The notes under the pieces were generated by a model, which did no database searches, was not told where the DNA came from, and was given only the letters and a program-made list of their open reading frames with translations. From an uncultured Acidimicrobiaceae bacterium (GTDB lineage Bacteria > Actinomycetota > Acidimicrobiia > Acidimicrobiales > RAAP-2), in contig CAWKJX010000012.1 in assembly GCA_963850095.1 (NCBI GenBank), positions 291,737 to 355,736 of the forward strand: a stretch of 64,000 nucleotides of DNA, given 5' to 3'. Shown here one piece after another: positions 18,591 through 27,987 of the stretch; positions within the stretch are counted from its first letter, which is position 1; each line of letters begins with the position of its first letter. A program made the position numbers and the translations under genes.

Positions 18591-19855
18591 CAGATGGCGC
18601 CGATTCCCGCCGCCTCGTTGCGGCGGCGCCACTCGTCCTTGGACATGCGGGTCACGTCGACGTCGCGCGCCACGGCACGCAGCGCGCCCACCGTCGCCTC
18701 CGACTTAGGCGTGTGGGCGAAGGGGTCCCAGCCGTAGAACCGGCAGGCGTTCTCGAAGGTGATCTTGTTGATCTCGACATCATCGGTCACGCCCGCCTCC
18801 TGGAACTCGCGCCAGGCGAACTCGGGTGACTCGGGCCACGTGGTGTCGGTGTGGGGGTAGTCGCACTCCCAGGCGATGATGTCGATGCCGATGCGGTCGC
18901 GCAGCAGCAGGCCCGACGGGTCGGTGATGTAGCAGGCCAGGATGTGGTCGCGGAACACCTCCGAGGGCAGCTTCCCGCCGAAGTCGCTGTGCAGCCACTC
19001 CTGGTTCCCGAAGTGGCGGTCGATGCGGTCGAAGTAGAAGGGGATCCAGCCGATCCCGCCCTCCGACAGCGCCACCTTGAGCTCGGGGAAACGCCGCAGC
19101 GTGGGGCCGAACAGCAGGTCCTGGGCCGTAATGGCGCTGATCTGGCACGCCAGCACCATGAGGTGGTCGACGGGGGCCTCCTCCGCCCGCTGAATGACGG
19201 CGAACCCCGCTCCGATGTGCAGCGAGAGCACCATGTTCTCCTCGCACAGCGCCTTGAGCATGGGGTCCCAGTAGCCCGACAGGAAGCTCGGGAAACCCTG
19301 CACGTGCGGCGTCTCGAGGAAGCTGATGGAGCGACAGCCCTTCTTGCCCAGCCGGTGCACCTCGGCCACCGCGGCGTCGACGTCCCACATGGGGACGATG
19401 CCCAGGGGGATGAAGCGGCCCGGGTACGCCCCGCACCACTCGTCGATGGCCCAGTCGTTGTAGGCCTGCAGCATGACCAGGGCGATCTCCTTGTCGCGGG
19501 CCTCGGCGAAGGTGCGGGCGTTCCAGCCGGCCATGGTGGGGAAGCACATGGAGCCGAGCACACCGTTGGCGTTCATGTCACGCACCCGCTCGTGCACGTC
19601 GAAGCAGCCCGGGCGGAACTCGGTATAGGTACCTGGGTTGAACCCCCACTCCTCGCTGGGCCAGCCCACGGTGGCCGACATGCCGAACGAGGTCGAGGTC
19701 TTCTCGCCCTGGAACACCCACCGGTCGATACCGTCCTCGTTGATCACCTTGGGGGCGTCGTCCAACCACTTCTTGGGCACATGGTTCTCGTACATGTGCG
19801 GCGGCTCGATCATGTGGTCGTCGATCGAGACCAGAATCATGTCGTCCATGTTCAT
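18590..19855 (-). CDS. amidohydrolase_2 family protein (421 aa)
   Basis: ORF 18590..19855(-). Sequence: VSIDDHMIEPPHMYENH...GVLGSMCFPTMAG...WECDYPHTDTTWP. Confidence 0.8.
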   Translation of the reverse strand: MNMDDMILVSIDDHMIEPPHMYENHVPKKWLDDAPKVINEDGIDRWVFQGEKTSTSFGMSATVGWPSEEWGFNPGTYTEFRPGCFDVHERVRDMNANGVLGSMCFPTMAGWNARTFAEARDKEIALVMLQAYNDWAIDEWCGAYPGRFIPLGIVPMWDVDAAVAEVHRLGKKGCRSISFLETPHVQGFPSFLSGYWDPMLKALCEENMVLSLHIGAGFAVIQRAEEAPVDHLMVLACQISAITAQDLLFGPTLRRFPELKVALSEGGIGWIPFYFDRIDRHFGNQEWLHSDFGGKLPSEVFRDHILACYITDPSGLLLRDRIGIDIIAWECDYPHTDTTWPESPEFAWREFQEAGVTDDVEINKITFENACRFYGWDPFAHTPKSEATVGALRAVARDVDVTRMSKDEWRRRNEAAGIGAI

Positions 19856-19925
19856 GGGGTGCTCCTCTCCTCGCTGAGGTGGCGGGAATCGTGCATCGGC
19901 CTCACCGACCGGGCGGCGACGCGGC

Positions 19926-21125
19926 TCACGACGTGCGCACGGGCAGGGCGTCCCAGCCGCGCACGCTCGACGTGTGGGCCCGGCGCGCCCCGTCGTAGTC
20001 GACCTCCCACTCGGGGAATCGAGTGAGCACCTCGTCGAGGGCCACCCGTCCCTCCAGGCGGGCCAGGGCCATGCCGAGGCAGAGGTGGATGCCGTAACCG
20101 AACGCCTGGTGGCGCCCGATCTCCCGGTGGATGTCGAACGAGTCGCCGTCGGGGAAGTGCCGCTCGTCCCGGTTGGCCGACCCGTTCAGCAGCACCAGGA
20201 CGCTGCCCTCGGGCACCGTCTGGCCGTGCCACTCCACGTCCCGGGTCACATAACGCGACTGCACCGGCGACGGGGACTCGAAGCGCAGCAGCTCTTCGAT
20301 CGTGGGGTTCACCAGCGTCCGGTCCTCGGCCACCTGGCGCCGCTGGTCCGGATGGCGCCCCAGCACCTCGCCCGTGAAACCGATGAGCCGCGTCGTGGTC
20401 TCGTTGCCGGCGCTGGCCAGCAGGCTGGTGTAGACGAGCACCTCGCTCCGGGTGAGCCGCCGCACGGCGCCCGTCTCGTCCTCGAACTCCGCCGTCAGCA
20501 ACTCGGTCATGAGGTCGTCCGACGGGTTGGCCGCCCGCCAGTCGATGTACTCCCCGAACACCTCGGCGTGGTGCTCGGCGTCGAAGTTCGGCGTCGGCTC
20601 GGCCCCCTCGTCGAGCCGGAGGCCCTCGTCGGTCCGCTGGCGCAGCGCCTCCTGGTCCGCCTCGGGAATCCCGAGCAGCATGCCGATGGTGCGCATGGGC
20701 ATGAAAGCGCCCAGGTCCCGGATGAAGTCGAAGCCCCCGGACCCGACCAGGGGGTCGAGCACCTCGGCGCAGTAGGCGCGCACCTGCGGTTCGATCGCCA
20801 TCATCTTCTTGGGCGTGAACACCCGCGAGAGCAGCGAACGGTGGATGTCGTGGATGGGCGGGTCCTCCATGAGGATCATGCCCGGCGGCATGTCCACCTT
20901 GGCCCGAATCAGCTCGAGCACCGAGCCGCGGCCCGAGATGTACGTCTTCCAGTCGAGCATGGCGGCGTCGACGTCGTCCCAGCGGCTCAGCGCGAAGAAC
21001 TCGTACTTGTCGTTCCGGTACAGCGGGGCCTCGTCGCGCATCCGCTTCCACAGCGGGTACGGATCGGCGTCGATGTCGAAGTCGTACGGGTCGTAGTAGA
21101 GGCCCTGCTCGCTGGCGATGGTCAC
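19926..21125 (-). CDS. cytochrome P450 (399 aa)
   Basis: The last 400 codons of track ORF 19926..22415(-). The GTG at 21125 lies 26 nt after the ALDH stop. Motifs: I-helix ASAGNETTT, ExxR ELLRFESP, heme loop FGYGIHLCLGMALAR. Confidence 0.85.
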   Translation of the reverse strand: MTIASEQGLYYDPYDFDIDADPYPLWKRMRDEAPLYRNDKYEFFALSRWDDVDAAMLDWKTYISGRGSVLELIRAKVDMPPGMILMEDPPIHDIHRSLLSRVFTPKKMMAIEPQVRAYCAEVLDPLVGSGGFDFIRDLGAFMPMRTIGMLLGIPEADQEALRQRTDEGLRLDEGAEPTPNFDAEHHAEVFGEYIDWRAANPSDDLMTELLTAEFEDETGAVRRLTRSEVLVYTSLLASAGNETTTRLIGFTGEVLGRHPDQRRQVAEDRTLVNPTIEELLRFESPSPVQSRYVTRDVEWHGQTVPEGSVLVLLNGSANRDERHFPDGDSFDIHREIGRHQAFGYGIHLCLGMALARLEGRVALDEVLTRFPEWEVDYDGARRAHTSSVRGWDALPVRTS

Positions 21126-21151
21126 GTCCGGTGTCCCCCCGTGCTCTCCGG

Positions 21152-22639
21152 CTAGCCGGCCGGATACGAGATCGACTTGACCTCGAGGTACTGCTCGAAG
21201 CCCGGCTTGCCGTTCTGGCGCCCGATGCCGCTGTGCTTGAACCCGCCGAACGGCAGGTCGGGGCCGTAGGGGGCGCCCCCGTTGACGCTGACGCCACCCG
21301 TGCGGATGCGCTTGGCCACCTCGAGCGAGTGCTCGAGCGTCCCGCCGAACACGCCCCCGGACAGCCCGTAGATGCTGTCGTTGGCGATGCGCACCGCGTC
21401 CTCCTCGTCCTCGTAGGGGATGACGACGAGCACCGGCCCGAAGATCTCCTCCTGGGCGATGGTCATGGAGTTCTCCACGTCGGTGAACAGCGTCGGCTCG
21501 ACCCACCACCCCTTGGCGAACTCGTCGCCGGCGGGGCGGCCGCCGCCGACGGCCAGCGTGGCGCCCTCGGCCTTGCCCTTCTCGATGTACCCCAGCACGC
21601 GCTCGCGCTGCTTGGACGAGACGAGCGGGCCCATGATCACGTCCTGGCGGTGCGGCTCGCCGTAGGGCACGGCGGCGAACATGCCCTTGAGCATTTCGAC
21701 GCCCTCGTCGTAGCGCGAGCGGGGTAGCAGCATCCGAGTCTGAATGGCACAGCCCTGCCCGGCGTGGAAGCAGGCGCCCATTCCCATCATGGAGGCCAGG
21801 CCGAGGTCGGCGTCCTCGAGCACGATGGTGGCCGACTTGCCGCCCAGCTCGAGGAAGGTGCGCTTCATGGTGGCGGCGCCCTTCTCCATGATGCGCCGGC
21901 CCACCGCGGTCGAGCCGGTGAAGCTGATCAGGTCCACCTTCGGGGACAACGTCAATTCCTCGCCGATGAGGTGGTCCGACGACGTCACGACGTTGATCAC
22001 GCCGGCGGGGATGTCCGTCTGCTCGGCCACGATGCGGCCGAGCAGGGTGGCGTTCCACGGCGTGTCGGGGGCCGGCTTGACGATCATGGTGTTGCCGGTG
22101 GCCAAGGCCTGGCCGACCTTGTGCAGCGTGACCTCGACCGGGAAGTTCCACGGAATGATGGCCCCGACCACGCCGACCGGCTCGCGCCAGATGCGCCGGG
22201 AATCGAGGTTCCCCGTAATGCTCATGGCATCGGGCAGTACCGTCTCCCACTCGAAGTTGTCGATCTCCTTGGCCGGCCACGCGATCGCCTCGGACAGCGG
22301 CGCCTCGAGCTGGGGGCCCTGGGTCGTCATGTAGGGACAACCCACCTCGAGGATCAGCTGCTCGCGCAGCTCCTCCACCTCGGCGTTGAGCGCCTCGTGC
22401 AGCTGCTCGAGGCACTGCTTGCGGAAGGACCGGTTGGTGGCCCAGTCGGTCTCGTCGAAGGCCCGGCGGGCGGCGTCGATGGCCCGCTGCATTTCGGCGG
22501 TCGAGGCGTCGGCCACCTGGCCCAGCACCTCTTCGGTCGCCGGGTTGATGTTGTCGAAGGTCTGGCCGGAGTCGGCCTCGACCAGCTTGCCGTCGATCAG
22601 CATGCGCTGCTCGGGATTGACCTTCACTGCCTCGGCCAT
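21152..22639 (-). CDS. NAD(P)-dependent aldehyde dehydrogenase (495 aa)
   Basis: In frame with ORF 21152..22795(-). The ATG at 22639 follows GAGGAAGAGGA. Motifs: FTGSTAVGRRI, LELGGKSA, catalytic Cys region FHAGQGCAIQTR. Confidence 0.9.
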   Translation of the reverse strand: MAEAVKVNPEQRMLIDGKLVEADSGQTFDNINPATEEVLGQVADASTAEMQRAIDAARRAFDETDWATNRSFRKQCLEQLHEALNAEVEELREQLILEVGCPYMTTQGPQLEAPLSEAIAWPAKEIDNFEWETVLPDAMSITGNLDSRRIWREPVGVVGAIIPWNFPVEVTLHKVGQALATGNTMIVKPAPDTPWNATLLGRIVAEQTDIPAGVINVVTSSDHLIGEELTLSPKVDLISFTGSTAVGRRIMEKGAATMKRTFLELGGKSATIVLEDADLGLASMMGMGACFHAGQGCAIQTRMLLPRSRYDEGVEMLKGMFAAVPYGEPHRQDVIMGPLVSSKQRERVLGYIEKGKAEGATLAVGGGRPAGDEFAKGWWVEPTLFTDVENSMTIAQEEIFGPVLVVIPYEDEEDAVRIANDSIYGLSGGVFGGTLEHSLEVAKRIRTGGVSVNGGAPYGPDLPFGGFKHSGIGRQNGKPGFEQYLEVKSISYPAG

Positions 22640-22763
22640 GGTCCTCTTCCTCTCGTCATCCGCATCGTGCCCACCCCGAGCGGGCGGGCGCGCCAGAGCG
22701 TGACACAGCCCGCGCTGCCCGGTGCCACGTGCCTGGAACGCCCTGGTTCGGAGGGTATCTGAC

Positions 22764-22783
22764 TTTGACGTCGTCGTCAAAAA
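22764..22783 (+). promoter_or_regulatory. GACGTCG box, copy d (candidate operator)
   Basis: TTTGACGTCGTCGTCAAAAA contains the perfect TTGAC-N6-GTCAA. It lies in the 296-bp divergent gap between the ALDH (ATG 22639) and the thioesterase (ATG 22936). Confidence 0.55.
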
Positions 22784-22935
22784 TGGCATTATCACTGGTC
22801 CGGAACTCAGGGTAACGGCCCCGTGCTCCCGGCCCGGCCGGGGCCCGGAGGCCGGACCTCCCCCGCCGGGCCGCCATCCGGCAGAGTGGGCGCCGTGACC
22901 CCGAGGACCGCACCGGCCCGAGACAAGGAGACCCG

Positions 22936-23766
22936 ATGTTCACCATTGACGCGTTCGTCGAGGCACTGACCCTCGAGCCCCTCGGGGACGACCGCTACCG
23001 CGCCTCCAACCTGACGTCCGAGCACGGCGTCGTCTTCGGGGGCCAGCTCCTGGCCCAATCCGTGATGGCCGCGCTGGCCGGCAACGACGGCAAGTCGGTC
23101 AAGACCATCCACACCGTGTTCGCCCGCGGCGCCCAGCCCGACGCTCCCCTCGACGTCACGGTCGAGCGGATGCACGCCGGCCGGTCGGTCGCCTCGAGCA
23201 CGGTGACGATGAGCCAGGGGGACACCATCTGCACGCGCTCGCTGGTGCTGCTGAGCGCAAACGAGGACGACGTCATCCGCCACGCCGGCGAGCCCCGCAG
23301 CGGCTCACGGCCCGAGGACGTCGCGGGCCACATCCGCGGCGAGGGCGTATGGGAGATGGGCATCGTCGGCGACGTCGACATCAGCGACCCCGACCTCGTC
23401 GGCCCGGCAGAGCTCGACGTCTGGGTGCGCTTCGCCGGTGCCCCCGACGACCCGGCCACCGACCAGGCCCTCGTGGCCTACTCGACCGACGGCTTCCTCA
23501 TCGCCACCGCCATGCGGCCGCACGCCGGCGTCGGCCAGGCCCAGGCGCACAAGACGCTCTCGACCGGGGTCCTCAGCCACACGCTGACCTACCACGAGCC
23601 CTGCCCGGCGCGCGAGTGGCACCTGCTCGAGCAGGTGAGCACCTACGCCGGGCACGGCCGCAGCTACGGCCGCGGCGACATTTTCCGCGCCGACGGGCAA
23701 CTGGCGGCCTCCTTCGTCCAGGACGCCATGATCCGGGCCCGTTCGGGTGGTGCCGGCAAGCTCTAA
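22936..23766 (+). CDS. acyl-CoA thioesterase II (TesB-type double hotdog)
   Basis: ORF 22936..23766. Sequence: MFTIDAFVEALTLEPLGDDRYRASNLTSEHGVVFGGQLLAQSV...MRPHAGVGQAQAHKTLSTG. Confidence 0.85.
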   Translation: MFTIDAFVEALTLEPLGDDRYRASNLTSEHGVVFGGQLLAQSVMAALAGNDGKSVKTIHTVFARGAQPDAPLDVTVERMHAGRSVASSTVTMSQGDTICTRSLVLLSANEDDVIRHAGEPRSGSRPEDVAGHIRGEGVWEMGIVGDVDISDPDLVGPAELDVWVRFAGAPDDPATDQALVAYSTDGFLIATAMRPHAGVGQAQAHKTLSTGVLSHTLTYHEPCPAREWHLLEQVSTYAGHGRSYGRGDIFRADGQLAASFVQDAMIRARSGGAGKL

Positions 23767-24707
23767 GCGGCCGCCAGGCGGGCCAGCTGCCGGGCCAGCC
23801 AGTCCTCCTTGCAGCGTTCCGCGTCCTTCACGGCCGCGGCGTCCGGCGCCAGCATGTACGCGTGGGGGAGGCCTGCGATGACGTGCAGCTCGCAGTCGAC
23901 CCCGGCCTGGCACAGCCGCTGGGCGTAGTCGATGTTCTCGTCGCGGAAGCCGTCGATGGCCCCGACGACGACGCAGGTCGGAGGGAGGCCGGTCAGATCG
24001 GTGGCTGCAGTGGCCGACGCGTAGGACGGGACGTCGTCGCGGCCGTAGAGCTCACCCAGGTACGACCGCCATCCGAACTCGTTCGACGCCGCAGTCCACA
24101 CGTAGAGCCCCTCCGCCCGGATGGAGTGGGTGACCCCCCGCCTGTCGAGCATGGGGCAGTCGAGAAACTGGAAGGCGAGCGGAACCTCGAAACGGTCGCG
24201 GGCCAGTAACCCCAGCCCGGCCGCCAGTCCCCCACCGGCACTCAGTCCGTAGATGCCGATCCGCGAGGGGTCGATGCCCAGCTCGTCGGCGTGGTCGTAG
24301 GTCCAGCGCAGGGCGGCGTAACAGTCCTCGAGCGGTCCGGGGTACGGCGTCTCGGGCGCCAGCCGGTACTGCACCGAGACCCCGACGAACCCCAGCGACG
24401 GGCACCAGCGGTCGAGCAACGGATCGTCCATGTCGTAGGAACCGATGACGTAACCGCCGCCGTGCATGGTGACCATGGCCGGCAGCGGGCCGTCGACGCC
24501 CGTGGGGCGATGCACGCGCACCGGGACCGGAGGGTCGCCCGGCACCTCGTGCTCGGTGCGGGTGACGGCCCCCGAGAGCGCCGGGGCCGGGAACGGGGCG
24601 GACCTGATGGCCGCCACTGCGTCGGCGTCCATCTGCGGCAGCTCGAACGCGCCCAGAATCGGCCCCAACTCGGGGTCCAAGAGGCCTTTCACGTCGACAT
24701 CGGTCAT
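23763..24707 (-). CDS. alpha/beta hydrolase fold-3 esterase/lipase (HSL family, 314 aa)
   Basis: C-terminal part of ORF 23763..25223(-). The ATG at 24707 follows AGAGGGGAG. Motifs: oxyanion HGGGY, nucleophile GLSAGG. Confidence 0.85.
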   Translation of the reverse strand: MTDVDVKGLLDPELGPILGAFELPQMDADAVAAIRSAPFPAPALSGAVTRTEHEVPGDPPVPVRVHRPTGVDGPLPAMVTMHGGGYVIGSYDMDDPLLDRWCPSLGFVGVSVQYRLAPETPYPGPLEDCYAALRWTYDHADELGIDPSRIGIYGLSAGGGLAAGLGLLARDRFEVPLAFQFLDCPMLDRRGVTHSIRAEGLYVWTAASNEFGWRSYLGELYGRDDVPSYASATAATDLTGLPPTCVVVGAIDGFRDENIDYAQRLCQAGVDCELHVIAGLPHAYMLAPDAAAVKDAERCKEDWLARQLARLAAA

Positions 24708-24760
24708 CGGCTGCTCCCCTCTGGTCGGCTGAGAACTGCGGCGTCGCGACAGTAGTGTCC

Positions 24761-24773
24761 GTGCCGACGGCAC
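24761..24773. promoter_or_regulatory. 6-1-6 palindrome GTGCCG-A-CGGCAC in divergent promoter gap
   Basis: Read directly in the sequence. It lies 15 nt upstream of the hydratase GTG (24789) and 53 nt upstream of the esterase ATG (24707). Confidence 0.3.
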
Positions 24774-24788
24774 ACGAGGGAGGAAAAG

Positions 24789-25584
24789 GTGGCGAACGAA
24801 TTGGGTGCGGCCGGACTTCGCTTCGAACGCGAAGGTCCGATCGCCTGGTGCATCATCGACCGACCCGCCGCCCGCAACGCGCTCGACGCCGGCCATGTAC
24901 TTCGGGATAAAGCGGGCCGTGCGACTCGTGAACAGCGACCCCGACCTGGCCGCGCTGATCATCACCGGCACGGGCGACGTCTTCGCTCCCGGCGGCGACC
25001 TCGGCGGGCGACGAGAGGAGGGCGACGAGCCCACCCCCGACATCGGCCACGACATCCTCCCCTTCCTCGCCATCCGCGACAGCCGGGCGCCGGTCGTGTC
25101 CGCCGTGAACGGCATCTGCCAGGCGGGCGGTCTCCTCATCGCCATGCTGGCCGACATCTGCGTGGCCAGCGACCGGGCCACCTTCCGGGTGCCCGAGCTC
25201 CTGCGGGGCATCCCCGACGCCACCTACGCCGCCGTGCTGCCCGCGCACGTGGGCATCGCCGTGGCCCGCGACCTGCTGCTCTCGGCTCGCCGGTTCGACG
25301 CCGCCGAGGCACTGCGCATCGGGCTGATCTCGCGCGTGGTCCCCCATGACCAGCTGCACGACGCGGCGAGAGAGGCGGTGCGCGAAATTTTGCAGACCCC
25401 GCCCATGGCGCGCACCCACGTGAAACGAATGCTCAACGAGCGCTACGGGCTGATCGACTACCAGACCATGTTCTGGGCCCTCGAGGAGTCGGACGAGCCG
25501 CGTGAGGGGATGCAGGCCTTCATGGAGAAGCGGCCGCCCCGCTGGGTGCCCGAGGGGTTGCCATCCGCAGACGCCAAGGGCTGA
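24789..25584 (+). pseudogene. enoyl-CoA hydratase/isomerase family, one +1 frame break near 24886-24891
   Basis: The GTG at 24789 (GAGGGAGGAAAA upstream) gives ANELGAAGLRFEREGPIAWCIIDRPAARNALD. The continuation PAMYFGIKRAVRLVNSDPDLAALIITGTGDVFAPGGDL...AVNGICQAGG is in ORF 24805..25584, one frame over. Confidence 0.75.
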
Positions 25585-25619
25585 CGCACGGGCGCCGGGC
25601 GAGAACCTATGGTCAGGGC

Positions 25620-26429
25620 ATGAACGTGCAGACACTGGCCGGGAAGGTGGCGATCGTCACCGGCGGAGCGGGTGGTATCGGCCGGGCGACCGGCGACCTC
25701 CTCGCGGCCGAAGGGGCGAGCGTCGTCATCGGGGACGTCGACGCGGAACAAGGGCAGGAGGTCGCCGACGCGATCGGCGACGCAGCTGCCTTCAAACAGA
25801 CCGACGTGAGTGACATCGACCAGGTGCAGGCGCTGGTCGACTTCACCGTCGAACGCTTCGGTGCGTTGGACATCATGTTCAACAATGCGGGAATCGGGAG
25901 CTCCCTCAAGCGATTTCTCCCGGACGACCTGGACGACTTCTCCCAGATCATGAACGTCAACCTCTTCGGAGTGATCGCGGGCTCCCAGCGCGCCGGCCGC
26001 TACATGAAGGACCACGGGGGTGGCTGCATCATCAACAATGCCTCCATTGCCGCCATCAACGCCGGCTCCGGCATGATCTCCTACCGTGCCTCGAAGGCGG
26101 CGATCGCTCACGCGACCAAGTGCATGGCCGTCGACCTGGCTCCCTACGGCATCAGGGTCAACTGCATCACCCCGGCGCACATCCGCACCGGCATCACCAC
26201 CTACGACATGGGCCCCGTCCTGCGGTACATGCAGCCTCTGGAGCGAGAGGCGCAGCCCGAGGACGTGGCCAACGCCGTGGTCTTCCTGGCCAGTGACCGC
26301 GCCGCCCAGATCACCGGCATCGTGATGCCGATCGACGGTGGAACCACGGCCGGGCCGCCCTACGCGCAGACGAAGCTGATCATGTCCCAGGCGGTGCCGT
26401 CACGCGAGGGCACGAACACCACGGGGTGA
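25620..26429 (+). CDS. short-chain dehydrogenase/reductase (SDR)
   Basis: ORF 25620..26429. Motifs: GKVAIVTGGAGGIGRA, NNAG, YRASKAA. Confidence 0.9.
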   Translation: MNVQTLAGKVAIVTGGAGGIGRATGDLLAAEGASVVIGDVDAEQGQEVADAIGDAAAFKQTDVSDIDQVQALVDFTVERFGALDIMFNNAGIGSSLKRFLPDDLDDFSQIMNVNLFGVIAGSQRAGRYMKDHGGGCIINNASIAAINAGSGMISYRASKAAIAHATKCMAVDLAPYGIRVNCITPAHIRTGITTYDMGPVLRYMQPLEREAQPEDVANAVVFLASDRAAQITGIVMPIDGGTTAGPPYAQTKLIMSQAVPSREGTNTTG

Positions 26430-26451
26430 CGATCGCCGAGCCGAAGTGGCG

Positions 26452-27729
26452 TCAGCCGGCGCGGTCAAGGTCGAGGTAGAGCCGTTCGAGGCCCCGCAGG
26501 AAGAAGGTCGGCAGGTAGTCGTAGTGCCGAGCTCCGGGCGGTCCGTGGTGTTCCTCCGAGATCGAAATGTCCGACGTCCGGTCGAGGAAACGGTTGATGG
26601 TCACCCGACCCTCGGCGCGGGCCAGCGGTGCCCCCGCACATGTGTGGATGCCGTGGCCGAAGGCGATGTGCTGCCGGGCATTTTGGCGGTCGATGTCGAA
26701 CTCGTACGGCTTCTCGAAGAGCCGTGGGTCGCGGTTGCACGCACCGGGCACGAGCATGACGGTGCCCCCGGCCGGGATCTCGACACCGCCGAGGGTGGTC
26801 CGTACCCGCGCCATGCGGAACTGCGTGCGCAGCGGGCTCTCCAGCCGCAGCGTCTCCTCAATGAAGTTCGGGATGCGCTCTCGATCGGCCCGGACCTGCT
26901 CCTGCAGGTCGGGCCTCTCCCCGAGCATCCGGAGTGCGAAGGACAGCAGCCGGACCGTCGTCTCCTGGCCACCGGCGAAGAGGTTGGCCGCTATGAGCGC
27001 GGCGTCCTTGACGTCCGGGGTCGACCCGTCCGGGAAGGTCGCCGTCGCCAGGCCGGTCAGCACGTCGGTGCGGGGCTGGCGCCGCCGGTCCTCGATGTAC
27101 CCCGTGAAGCGCTCGTAGAGGAACTCGAGCGGCTTGTGGGACACGTCCTGATGCGCGGTGGACAGCCGCTCCCGGAACAGGGAGTGATCGGACTCGGGCA
27201 CCCCTTCGAGGTCGGCGATGACGGTGAGGGTGAAGGGCTCCGCGTAGGCACCCACCATTTCGCATGCTCCATCGTCGATGAACCCGTCGATGAGGCGGTC
27301 GGCGAACTGCCACATGAAGTCCTCGTTCTCCTTGAGGCGCTTCGGCGTGATGAGCCGCATGAGGAGATGCCGATGGGCCGTATGGTTCGGCGGGTCGAAG
27401 GCGGGAAGCTGGTCGCTGAAGGGCAGCTCGTTGCGGCACTTCACAATGATGTCGCTCACGTCGTCGCCCGCGAAGGGGGACGAGAACTTCACGAACGTGC
27501 CGCTCACCACGTTGCACGACGAGTAGGTCCCCGACGGCAGGTCGTCCGGTGGGAACGTCGCCGGATCACCGTAGATCGTCATCGCCTCCGGGTGGCCCGT
27601 AATGACGAACACCCCGTAGTTGGGGTCGCGCCACACCGGGGACTGTTCCCGCACCCAGTCGAAGTAGGGATAGGGGTCGTCCTGGACCGATCGGTCGGCG
27701 AAGAAGTTGACGTCCTTGAATTCGCTCAT
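26452..27729 (-). CDS. cytochrome P450 (425 aa)
   Basis: In frame with ORF 26452..27759(-), ATG at 27729. Motifs: FAGGQETT, ETLRLESP, FGHGIHTCAGAPLAR. Confidence 0.9.
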   Translation of the reverse strand: MSEFKDVNFFADRSVQDDPYPYFDWVREQSPVWRDPNYGVFVITGHPEAMTIYGDPATFPPDDLPSGTYSSCNVVSGTFVKFSSPFAGDDVSDIIVKCRNELPFSDQLPAFDPPNHTAHRHLLMRLITPKRLKENEDFMWQFADRLIDGFIDDGACEMVGAYAEPFTLTVIADLEGVPESDHSLFRERLSTAHQDVSHKPLEFLYERFTGYIEDRRRQPRTDVLTGLATATFPDGSTPDVKDAALIAANLFAGGQETTVRLLSFALRMLGERPDLQEQVRADRERIPNFIEETLRLESPLRTQFRMARVRTTLGGVEIPAGGTVMLVPGACNRDPRLFEKPYEFDIDRQNARQHIAFGHGIHTCAGAPLARAEGRVTINRFLDRTSDISISEEHHGPPGARHYDYLPTFFLRGLERLYLDLDRAG

Positions 27730-27771
27730 GGGCCACCCCGATCTGGTGTCTGAATGCATACGATCTGTTCC

Positions 27772-27981
27772 ATGGGCTTGGAGGTGGAGATCGATCGCGA
27801 CCTGTGCATCGGCTCGGGGAACTGTGTGTACGAAGCCCCGGGCGTCTTCGATCTCGACGGCGACAGCGTCGCCTTCGTCGTCGACCCGGCCGCGTCACCC
27901 GAGGACTTGCTCATCGCCGCGGCACGCAAGTGCCCGAGCCATGCGATCTCGGTCCGGCGAGAGGGCGTCACGCTGGGCTGA
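27772..27981 (+). CDS. small ferredoxin (3Fe-4S/4Fe-4S type, 69 aa)
   Basis: In frame with ORF 27754..27981. The ATG at 27772 gives MGLEVEIDRDLCIGSGNCVYEAPGVFDLDGD...ARKCPSHAI. It is divergent from the P450 with only 42 nt between start codons. Confidence 0.8.
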   Translation: MGLEVEIDRDLCIGSGNCVYEAPGVFDLDGDSVAFVVDPAASPEDLLIAAARKCPSHAISVRREGVTLG

Positions 27982-27987
27982 GCGTCC

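Noticed and set aside
19926-22415. 829-aa ORF that could be read as a giant P450 fusion.
   Set aside because: Only the last 399 codons are P450. The upstream part is an out-of-frame read-through of the aldehyde dehydrogenase gene, which has its own frame, RBS and TAG stop at 21152. A GTG at 21125 gives a normal-length P450.
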